Below are positions 1 to 6,712 of a stretch of DNA of 13,707 nucleotides, piece by piece. The stretch is taken from the UHGV virus genome UHGV-1773339; one strand, 5' to 3'. A model generated the notes under the pieces. The model made no database searches. It saw only the letters and a list, made by a program, of their open reading frames with translations, and was not told where the DNA came from. Both the position numbers and the translations under genes were made by a program. The stretch's first letter is position 1, and each line of letters opens with the position of its first letter. This stretch comes from a virus.

Positions 1-154
1 ATTAGGAGAATAAATAGAGGAAACGTATCTCATTGATGATTTTCATCATGTTTCACTAGTTTTATACGATTTCCTTTCTTTTAAAAAATCCTTTATTATC
101 AATTTGTTATGAGCTTGTCGTTGTTTTTTTTTGCATTTAAGGGATAAAACAAAA

Positions 155-262
155 GATGATTTTGCTCAAATCTTCGTCTTTGCCTTTTTTGTTTTACTTT
201 GCTTTTTCTATGTCAATTTGCTAGAAATATGCAAAGCAATAATTATTAAGCAAAGTTATAAG
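155..262 (+). promoter_or_regulatory. Putative sopAB promoter/operator region with repeated CTTTGC/GCAAAG hexamers
   Basis: Hexamers tttgct 161-166, ctttgc 178-183, ctttgc 197-202, tttgct 217-222, gcaaag 231-236, gcaaag 250-255. Positions 217-235 form an inverted repeat tttgc-N9-gcaaa. GGAGA Shine-Dalgarno at 264-268, 8 nt before the sopA ATG. F SopA is known to autorepress through CTTTGC-type operator repeats. Exact -35/-10 not assigned. Confidence 0.5.
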
Positions 263-276
263 CTGGAGATGACAGT

Positions 277-1446
277 ATGTCCTTGAAAAAGTTATTACAA
301 GATTGTGTTACGCGCGGTCAAGAAATGACCCAAGCAATTGCTATAGCTCAATTCGGTGATGATAGTCCTGAAGCTCGGCGTATCACGCGTAGATGGGGGA
401 TAACTGAAGTAGCAGATTTAATTGGTGTAACTCCTCAAGCAATAAGAGATGCTGAGAAGAACGGGCGTTTACCTGCACCTGACTTTGAAATGAGAGGAAG
501 AGTTGAACGTCGTGCCGGTTATACCATAGATCAAATCAATAGTATGCGAGCTGTTTTTGGCAACCCAAACCAACGGCCACAAGATAAAAACCCAGTTGTG
601 CTTGCTGTTATGTCACACAAAGGCGGCGTTTATAAAACATCGTCTGCAGTACATCAGGCACAATGGCTAGCATTACAAGGTCATCGTGTTCTTTTAGTTG
701 AAGGTAACGATCCTCAGGGAACAGCCTCCATGTATCACGGTTATGTACCTGATTTACATATACATGCCGAGGATACTTTACTGCCATTTTACTTGGGCGA
801 ACGCGATAACGCTGAATATGCTATAAAACCAACATGCTGGCCTGGACTGGACATTATTCCTAGCTGCCTAGCTTTACACCGTATAGAAACAGATCTCATG
901 CAATATCATGCTCAGGGTAAATTGCCTCACCCTCCTCACCTGATGCTACGCGCAGCTATAGAATCAGTTTGGGATAACTACGATGTTATCGTTATAGATA
1001 GTGCTCCAAACCTCGGTACAGGAACCATTAACGTTGTTTGCGCAGCTGACGTTATCGTTGTTGCTACCCCTGCAGAATTATTTGATTACGCCTCTGTTCT
1101 ACAGTTTTTCACAATGCTTCTCGATCTCCTAGAAAGCGTTGACCTAGGCGGATTTGAGCCGACCGTTCGCTTGCTTCTGACTAAATATAGTCTCACTACA
1201 GGAAATCAATCACGATGGATGGAAGAGCAAATAAGAAATACATGGGGATCAATGGTATTACGTCAGGTTGTACGCGTTACCGATGAAGTAGGTAAAGGTC
1301 AGATAAAAATGCGAACAGTATTTGAACAAGCGGCAAACCAGCGTTCAACACTTAATGCATGGAGAAATGCCGTCTCTATATGGGACCCTGTTTGTCGAGA
1401 AATTTTTGATGATCTAATAAAACCTCGCTGGGAGAACGAAGAATGA
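277..1446 (+). CDS. sopA: Plasmid partition ATPase SopA (type Ia ParA with N-terminal DNA-binding extension)
   Basis: 389 aa ORF with ATG start and SD. Deviant Walker A box in 'VMSHKGGVYKTS'. The long N-terminal extension before the ATPase core is typical of type Ia ParA/SopA. The translation closely resembles F-plasmid SopA as I recall it. Stop overlaps the next gene start (ATGA). Confidence 0.93.
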   Translation: MSLKKLLQDCVTRGQEMTQAIAIAQFGDDSPEARRITRRWGITEVADLIGVTPQAIRDAEKNGRLPAPDFEMRGRVERRAGYTIDQINSMRAVFGNPNQRPQDKNPVVLAVMSHKGGVYKTSSAVHQAQWLALQGHRVLLVEGNDPQGTASMYHGYVPDLHIHAEDTLLPFYLGERDNAEYAIKPTCWPGLDIIPSCLALHRIETDLMQYHAQGKLPHPPHLMLRAAIESVWDNYDVIVIDSAPNLGTGTINVVCAADVIVVATPAELFDYASVLQFFTMLLDLLESVDLGGFEPTVRLLLTKYSLTTGNQSRWMEEQIRNTWGSMVLRQVVRVTDEVGKGQIKMRTVFEQAANQRSTLNAWRNAVSIWDPVCREIFDDLIKPRWENEE

Positions 1447-2432
1447 AACAACGCTCTCTTCTAAAAAATGCTCCGGATATTAATCGCATTATGAGTAATA
1501 ATCATCATGCACCTGAACATCAGCCGGTATCACCTATGGTTGGTGATTTAAAACGTCAACTGAGTTCATTAACCGGTAATAGCATAACTTTGCCAGTATG
1601 CGGACGTAATGTTAACTTTAAGTTAGAGACGATCCCCGCAGATAAAGTAGAAATGGCAACAATGGTATGGCTAGGTAATGAGCGTGATCAAGATTTATTA
1701 AATGAATCTTCTCTAGCTGATTTAATTCCATCTTTTCTAACTTCTGGGCAACAAAATCCGGCTTTCGCAAGAAAAGTGTCAGGTATTGTTGAAGTAGCTG
1801 ATGGTTCTCGAAGACGTAAAGCAGCCATTATAACTGGATGCGATTATCGTGTTCTTATTGGCGATTTAGATGATGAACAAATGCAATGGTTATCGCAGAT
1901 AGGCAACGACTATAGACCTATCAGCGCCTATGAAAGGGGGAAAAGATACCTGCGAAGGCTCCATGAATTTGACGGTAACGTAAAATCTTTAGCTGAAGCC
2001 GAAGGCGTGGATAGAAATATTATCAGCCGATGTATTAATACAGCCGGTTTACCTAAAGATATATTGGCAATATTTAACCATCCTGGTGAGTTATCAGCCA
2101 GAGCAGGAGACGCTCTTTTTAAAGCATATCAGGGACAGGAAGCAGCCATGAAAAATGCTGCATCTCAGTTGCTGAGGATGAAAAAATCAGGTGAAAGTTT
2201 AGATGCGCAAAGAATAATACAGGCTCTTCATGATTTCATTATTGTTGAGAAAAACAATTCACATGGAGAGAAAAGGGAAAAGAAATATGGAGACGGTGTT
2301 GTGGCGAAATATGGGAAAAATTTCACAACATTAAAATTAGATAACAGAAAAATACCATCGCACCTAATGAGTAAAATTGAATCTATTCTTGAGGAGGCGT
2401 TTGGAAATTCTTCCGATGTAAAAAATAACTAA
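1443..2432 (+). CDS. sopB: Plasmid partition centromere-binding protein SopB (ParB family)
   Basis: 329 aa ORF translationally coupled to sopA (ATGA overlap at 1443-1446). Recognisable SopB/ParB-like stretches (e.g. 'ITLPVCGR', 'GNERDQ', 'DGSRRRKAA', 'GNDYRPISAYERG'). Position immediately after the ParA gene. Ends at TAA 2430-2432. Confidence 0.92.
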   Translation: MKQRSLLKNAPDINRIMSNNHHAPEHQPVSPMVGDLKRQLSSLTGNSITLPVCGRNVNFKLETIPADKVEMATMVWLGNERDQDLLNESSLADLIPSFLTSGQQNPAFARKVSGIVEVADGSRRRKAAIITGCDYRVLIGDLDDEQMQWLSQIGNDYRPISAYERGKRYLRRLHEFDGNVKSLAEAEGVDRNIISRCINTAGLPKDILAIFNHPGELSARAGDALFKAYQGQEAAMKNAASQLLRMKKSGESLDAQRIIQALHDFIIVEKNNSHGEKREKKYGDGVVAKYGKNFTTLKLDNRKIPSHLMSKIESILEEAFGNSSDVKNN

Positions 2433-2448
2433 TAGCAGAAAATAGAAT

Positions 2449-2475
2449 AGACCCCATCAGTTATAGATGGGGTCT
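2449..2475. terminator. Bidirectional intrinsic terminator between convergent sopB and the tail/accessory operon
   Basis: Perfect 10-bp inverted repeat agaccccatc / gatggggtct with a 7-nt loop, followed by a T-rich run on the plus strand (taattttatt) and preceded by an A-rich run (T-rich on the minus strand). Lies between the sopB stop (2432) and the stop of the minus-strand ORF (2481). Confidence 0.7.
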
Positions 2476-2480
2476 TAATT

Positions 2481-2768
2481 TTATTCAAAAAATATAAATA
2501 CAAGTAAACACGCCACCACCGGCACAGCAAAATCCATCAGGCTTGCTACATCCCATGCACGCGGATCAAAACCGCCCCACCACGGCATATTCATACGCTT
2601 GCCATGTCCGAACATTTCAATCCAGCGATATTCTGCCTGGGTGTGTTCACGCGCAATGAAGAACGTACAACCGGCTATCGCTCCGTAAGCCCAGTTCCCG
2701 GTAAAAAGACCAATCAGTAGCTGCGCAGCCACAGCACAAAGAGCATGAAGGAAAGGTGTTATATCCAT
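2481..2768 (-). CDS. Small multi-pass membrane protein of unknown function (candidate moron)
   Basis: 95 aa ORF with ATG start. Perfect SD (AAGGAGGAG) sits between the upstream stop TAA and the ATG on the minus strand. Three hydrophobic segments (about residues 5-25, 26-40, 75-94) around a Trp/Gly-rich loop 'MFGHGKRMNMPWWGGFDPRAWD'. No family recognised. Confidence 0.75.
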   Translation of the reverse strand: MDITPFLHALCAVAAQLLIGLFTGNWAYGAIAGCTFFIAREHTQAEYRWIEMFGHGKRMNMPWWGGFDPRAWDVASLMDFAVPVVACLLVFIFFE

Positions 2769-2778
2769 TACTCCTCCT

Positions 2779-3483
2779 TTAACCGATATCGCTTCGGGAA
2801 GTTGATAACAGCTTTAATTCTGACTCAAGTTCATCAACTCTTTCTGTCAGTTTCTGGATATGGTGAATCAGTGGAACAACCAGACGTTCGTACATTACAC
2901 CTTCGGCAACAAGGCCATTGCTGGAAATAGCTTCCGGTGCATCATCTTCGTTAGCTGGTCGCCAGTGTACAAACTGAGGGGCAATTTCTCCTACTTCCTC
3001 GGCAATCAATCCGTAGAATCCCCAGTCACGCCTGTCATTTTCGCATTGCGACCTGTACCACACAGGGCGCATCTTGAAAATGAGATCGGCGTGCTCTGAA
3101 TCTATCGTCTCTACTGAATGTTTATAGCGAATAGACGATGTTGACCGCAGCACAGACGAAATTGCGGGGTCAGGATTAAGATAAAGGTTTGCCGCCGCTG
3201 TAGTCGTGCCCAATCCCCATAAATAAAACGCTTCACGGCCAGTCAGCGGGTAAAAATCTCCACCATAATTACCGCTTTCCAGAGCATTCACTTCCAGTTT
3301 GTTTTTCAGCTTATTATCCACTTCAGTTTTTGTGTATCTGGAGCTGATATCCTGCTTTGCACTGGTCATCTCAGTCTGAAGCGTTGATACTTTTCCGCTA
3401 ATTGAGGAAATATCTTCCTTAGCTTTACTGACATCTCCCTTCAGCGTGGTGATATCTCCCGGAATTACTGTCGATGTAGCCAT
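2779..3483 (-). CDS. Coiled-coil protein with C-terminal peptidase-S74-like intramolecular chaperone domain (tail-fibre/tailspike-type auto-processing domain)
   Basis: 234 aa ORF, ATG start preceded by GAGGGAGA SD. C-terminal half shows the S74/chaperone-of-endosialidase pattern: Ser116...Lys121 dyad spacing ('SSIRYK'), 'DWGFYGLIAEEVGEIAPQFV', 'MYERLVVPLIHHIQKL', terminal coiled coil 'VDELESELKLL'. N-terminal 60 residues are heptad-like coiled coil. Confidence 0.75.
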   Translation of the reverse strand: MATSTVIPGDITTLKGDVSKAKEDISSISGKVSTLQTEMTSAKQDISSRYTKTEVDNKLKNKLEVNALESGNYGGDFYPLTGREAFYLWGLGTTTAAANLYLNPDPAISSVLRSTSSIRYKHSVETIDSEHADLIFKMRPVWYRSQCENDRRDWGFYGLIAEEVGEIAPQFVHWRPANEDDAPEAISSNGLVAEGVMYERLVVPLIHHIQKLTERVDELESELKLLSTSRSDIG

Positions 3484-3492
3484 TTGTCTCCC

Positions 3493-3774
3493 TCACATCC
3501 AGCCACGAAGTTGATGTTCAACTACAACCGCGTATTCATCGAATAATGACGGTGTTTTCACATCATTAATGATGCGCACGTTTACAAAATATCCGTCTTC
3601 CTTAACACATACCGGTTCGCCATCTTCATTCAGCTCTCCGGTTTCTTTGTACACGTTTCCTATCACATCAATGAGAACATTGTTCTGCATCACCTCGTCA
3701 TCGTAATAACCAATGCTATCCATAAAGGCCGAAAAGTCGGCCTTGTTTATGAATTTGAGGGTTAAGTCTCGCAT
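3493..3774 (-). CDS. Hypothetical acidic 93 aa protein, translationally coupled to the tail fibre gene
   Basis: ATG start shares one base with the stop of the upstream fibre gene (TAATG at 3772-3776, minus strand). Its stop is 9 nt before the next ORF start. No motif recognised. The position suggests a fibre accessory or assembly factor. Confidence 0.6.
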   Translation of the reverse strand: MRDLTLKFINKADFSAFMDSIGYYDDEVMQNNVLIDVIGNVYKETGELNEDGEPVCVKEDGYFVNVRIINDVKTPSLFDEYAVVVEHQLRGWM

Positions 3775-5981
3775 TATATTCTTTCTCCCATTTGTGCATC
3801 TGTCAGTTCCTTATGCCAGATACGTAAATTGCGCACGTGTCCAAATAAATGCCTGTTACCTGATATTGATTGACCGCCTATATTTATTGGCCCTTCTGTA
3901 TAACGTTGTCTTGTGTGTTGTGATACACCAACAGCGCCAAAGTTACCGTTTATAACAGCACGCAATTCTTTCTGCTCTGTAAACTTAAACCCAGCAATAA
4001 ACCTGCGGGTTGTCCTGTTACAGTAGGCTTTATACTCGGTCTTTGTTCCTTTTCCGTTAGTTATAATTGAGCGCGCGCCTCCAGAGGTAAAACCAAAATA
4101 CATATAACTTTCATCAGCAACATCCGTTGTTGCGCCAGTTATTGACACGTTAAGAAGCCTTGCTGAACCTTCACTGTTTGGCATTTTGTCCCAGTTGATA
4201 TTAACTTCCATAAGAACGCTTAACGGGGGCGTTGACCAGTTCAGTCTTATTGGCATTATTACCACTTCACTAGCCCGTGTAACTGCCACATCTGATGTAA
4301 CGATAAATGATGATGCACACGATCCTTTTTCAAATTGCGGCGTAGTAAACATTATCTGATCGCCTTTTTTGATCGCCCTTTTATCTGCTCCCATTTCAAA
4401 GCGCCCATACATGCTTTTTGCTTCTGGTGATTTATATGTAAATTCGACGCGTAACCATCCGTTAGCTTCTCTGTATATGACATGATTTACAGCATCCCCA
4501 CCAGAAAAACCTAAAACATCACCAGTTTCGCAATCTATGTAGGAACCAGCTACCAGCGTGTTGCTTGTGCCGTCATCGTTAACGAAAGATATTCTGGGTC
4601 TTAACGTTATAATACCTTCTCCATTTATCTTCTTAACCCTACAGGACAAGGTAACAGATTCATTTGCAGCAACATCAATAACCCTACTGTATCCAGTAGA
4701 TATTATCGTCGCCCTTTCAGTGGTTGATGTTTCCTTTACATCGAACAAACCATATTTAAAACCATATTCATCAACCGATGTGGTTATTTCTATATTCTTG
4801 TCGTCATAGTTCCATAATGAAGGATTGTTACTATTAGTAAATGTATTTGTCCTCTGACCTTCAATTAATAAACCTTCCTTTTCAAAGCGCGGCTCGTTAA
4901 TTTCTGCAAAAGCAAATGAACCTGATTTGTTTATATACGTTGCAGAAGTGGAGCGAGTGAAAGATACAACCTTCTCTGATGGAAAAGTAATAACATCATC
5001 ACCGATAGTTACTTTTTTATAACCAGGAGCGAAACCAGTAATCATTTCCAGCGAATCGTTAAATGGTATCCACACATCAGGAAGCGGCTGCAATACTTGT
5101 TTATACGGCTCCGCAGCCTGGCTTGCATACTCTCTGGCTGCATCCTCACTTGCTTTAGCTGCTGTCTGGCTTGCTGCCGATGCTTGCGCCGAGTTCGCCG
5201 CTGCAGTCTCGCTTGTCTTTGCATTGGTTTCACTGGTTTTTGCAGCTTTTTGACTGTTTGCTGATGCAGTGGCAGAAGCAGCCGCCGCACTTGCAGAACC
5301 AGCTGCGGCACTCTCGCTTTCGGCTGCTGCATCCTGACTGCTTTTCGCCGCAGTTTCACTGACTTTGGCATTCGTTTCGCTGGTCTTCGCTGCCGTCTGG
5401 CTGGACTTTGCGTTAGTTTCGCTCGCCTTCGCGGCTGTTTCGCTATTTTTCGCGTTGGTTTCTGATTTTTTGGCTGCTGTCGCGGAGTTTGCCGATGCAG
5501 TCTGCGAGGTCGCTGCCGCCTGTGCGCTGTTAGCTGCATTCGTTTCTGAGGTTTTCGCCGCGTTCTTCGATGAAGCCGCTGCAGTTTCGGATTTCTTTGC
5601 CGCCGCTGCGCTCTGAGAGGCGGCTTCGGCGTTGCGTGCCGCTTCTTCCACCATTGCCTCAAAACGGCGCAATGCCTCCGGCATGACATCATCTTCCGTC
5701 ATGGCACCGAGAAAATCATTCAGCGTACCTGGTCTGGAACCTTCATAGACGGTAATGGTCCCGGCATGTGAAGGCGGAAAACCTTCAACCAGCAGGGTGA
5801 CGCTGTACTGGCCATACTCAACATCCATGCTGTAACGTCCGGCTTCATCCGGATTTTCAGAAGCCACCGTGTTCACCAGTACCGTGGTGCTGTTACGCTT
5901 TGCCTTCAGTTGAATAGTGCAGTTCTGTATTGGTTTTCCCGCACCATCTTTCAGCACACCTGAGATTTTTACTGCTGCCAT
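3774..5981 (-). CDS. stf: Side tail fibre protein: lambda Stf-like N-terminal anchor, Ala-rich repeat stalk, novel distal region
   Basis: Long ORF. The track begins at a GTG (5987), but the ATG at 5981 gives 'MAAVKISGVLKDG...', matching the conserved Stf N-terminus as I recall it, with GGAG SD upstream. Residues about 120-285 are degenerate Ala-rich 'SETNAK/AAKTSE' repeats. The distal ~450 residues are encoded by lower-GC DNA and end in a LamG/concanavalin-like looking motif ('GNRHLFGHVRNLRIWHKELTDAQM'). Confidence 0.85.
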   Translation of the reverse strand: MAAVKISGVLKDGAGKPIQNCTIQLKAKRNSTTVLVNTVASENPDEAGRYSMDVEYGQYSVTLLVEGFPPSHAGTITVYEGSRPGTLNDFLGAMTEDDVMPEALRRFEAMVEEAARNAEAASQSAAAAKKSETAAASSKNAAKTSETNAANSAQAAATSQTASANSATAAKKSETNAKNSETAAKASETNAKSSQTAAKTSETNAKVSETAAKSSQDAAAESESAAAGSASAAAASATASANSQKAAKTSETNAKTSETAAANSAQASAASQTAAKASEDAAREYASQAAEPYKQVLQPLPDVWIPFNDSLEMITGFAPGYKKVTIGDDVITFPSEKVVSFTRSTSATYINKSGSFAFAEINEPRFEKEGLLIEGQRTNTFTNSNNPSLWNYDDKNIEITTSVDEYGFKYGLFDVKETSTTERATIISTGYSRVIDVAANESVTLSCRVKKINGEGIITLRPRISFVNDDGTSNTLVAGSYIDCETGDVLGFSGGDAVNHVIYREANGWLRVEFTYKSPEAKSMYGRFEMGADKRAIKKGDQIMFTTPQFEKGSCASSFIVTSDVAVTRASEVVIMPIRLNWSTPPLSVLMEVNINWDKMPNSEGSARLLNVSITGATTDVADESYMYFGFTSGGARSIITNGKGTKTEYKAYCNRTTRRFIAGFKFTEQKELRAVINGNFGAVGVSQHTRQRYTEGPINIGGQSISGNRHLFGHVRNLRIWHKELTDAQMGERI
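5133..5630 (-). repeat. In-frame degenerate tandem repeats encoding the Ala/Ser/Thr-rich fibre stalk
   Basis: Repeated gc(a/t)gc-rich DNA encoding reiterated KxSETNAK / TAAKxSE units. This generates the spurious Arg-rich and Ala/Phe-rich ORFs seen in other frames and strands. Confidence 0.7.
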
Positions 5982-5990
5982 ATCCACTCC

Positions 5991-6019
5991 ACAAAAAAGC
6001 CCGCCTGAACCGGCGGGCT
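5991..6019 (-). terminator. Intrinsic terminator downstream of lom
   Basis: On the minus strand: stem agcccgcc / ggcgggct with a 6-nt loop, followed immediately by TTTTTT (plus-strand A-run 5993-5998). Sits between the lom stop (6046) and the stf start. Confidence 0.75.
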
Positions 6020-6045
6020 GTCATAACACTGTGTTACCTGGCTAA

Positions 6046-6645
6046 TCAGAATTTATAACCGACACCCACGATGAAACCGTCAGTGCGCCAGTCGCCACTG
6101 CCGGAGCCTTCATAAGCAATATCAATGGCCACGGATTCGGTCGGGTTAAACTGCACGCCAGCTCCCCACGCCAGAGACGTGTTGCTGTGGCGACCGTCAT
6201 CACTTCCGGTCAGCACATCGTGCGTTTTCCCCTTGTTGTCAGTTACGCGGAGATAATCCCCGGAGAACGTCGAAACACGGCTGTAAGCCACACCTGCCAT
6301 CGCATAAGCACTGAACCATTCATTCACGCGTACAGATGGCCCCGCCATCATGCTGAACCAGCGGTTACGCACTGAATCTTCATGCCAGCGGGTATCGCTG
6401 TAATGCGTTTTTTGCTCATCTTTGGCATTGGCATAACTGAATGACGTCACCAGCCCCAGCGTGTCCGTAAATTCATAACGGTATTTCACGTTAATGCCCT
6501 TCAGGTCATCACTGCCTGGCATATCAGTATGGGCCTGAAGATACCCGGCGCTTAGTGTGGACTGATGCTCTGCTGCGCTCGCTGGCGTACCAGCGGCAAC
6601 CAGCCAGACTACTGCGGACAGAATAACAGCACATAATTTACGCAT
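6046..6645 (-). CDS. lom: Outer-membrane beta-barrel protein of the Lom/Ail/PagC/OmpX family
   Basis: 199 aa. N-terminal signal peptide ('...AAGTPASAAEH'), alternating amphipathic beta-strand pattern, C-terminal '...DWRTDGFIVGVGYKF' with terminal Phe typical of OMP barrels. Synteny (directly after J) as in lambda. Confidence 0.9.
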   Translation of the reverse strand: MRKLCAVILSAVVWLVAAGTPASAAEHQSTLSAGYLQAHTDMPGSDDLKGINVKYRYEFTDTLGLVTSFSYANAKDEQKTHYSDTRWHEDSVRNRWFSMMAGPSVRVNEWFSAYAMAGVAYSRVSTFSGDYLRVTDNKGKTHDVLTGSDDGRHSNTSLAWGAGVQFNPTESVAIDIAYEGSGSGDWRTDGFIVGVGYKF

Positions 6646-6669
6646 AATTACCTCTCGCTTTTCTGCAAT

Positions 6670-6693
6670 AAAAAAGGCGTCATTTCTGACGCC
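6670..6693 (-). terminator. Intrinsic terminator downstream of J
   Basis: On the minus strand: stem ggcgtca / tgacgcc with a 4-nt loop, followed by TTTTTTATT. About 20 nt after the J stop and about 25 nt before the lom ATG. Confidence 0.7.
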
Positions 6694-6712
6694 CGTATTG
6701 GGGTTATAAAAT

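Noticed and set aside
36-50. Short palindrome atgat-tttc-atcat in the far upstream leader as an operator
   Set aside because: Only 5-bp arms in very AT-rich DNA, which is expected by chance. No repetition.
2449-2475. Possibility that the 10-bp palindrome is a sopC-type centromere site
   Set aside because: Arms (GACCCCATC) do not resemble the F sopC inverted repeat as I recall it, it is a single copy, and it is flanked by T-runs on both strands as a terminator would be. Kept as a test suggestion only.
2481-2768. Calling the 95 aa membrane protein Cor or a holin
   Set aside because: No lipobox or basic N-region as expected for a Cor-type lipoprotein. No charged C-terminal tail, and the location is outside a lysis cassette, so not holin-like. 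Left as unknown.
2745-3099. Plus-strand ORFs of 61 and 79 aa
   Set aside because: Overlap the minus-strand 234 aa and 95 aa genes, which have strong RBSs and recognisable domain or topology features.
5042-5692. 216 aa Arg/Gln-rich ORF (minus strand) and the 83 aa Ala/Phe-rich ORF 5365-5616 (plus strand)
   Set aside because: Alternative-frame artefacts of the repetitive Ala-codon-rich fibre stalk DNA. The stf frame has the conserved N-terminus and continuous synteny.
5981-5987. Track start codons at 5987 (stf) and 13623 (H)
   Set aside because: Both are GTG codons reported as Met. For stf the ATG at 5981 with a GGAG SD and the conserved MAVKISG-type N-terminus is preferred. For H the frame is open to the window edge, so 13623 is internal.
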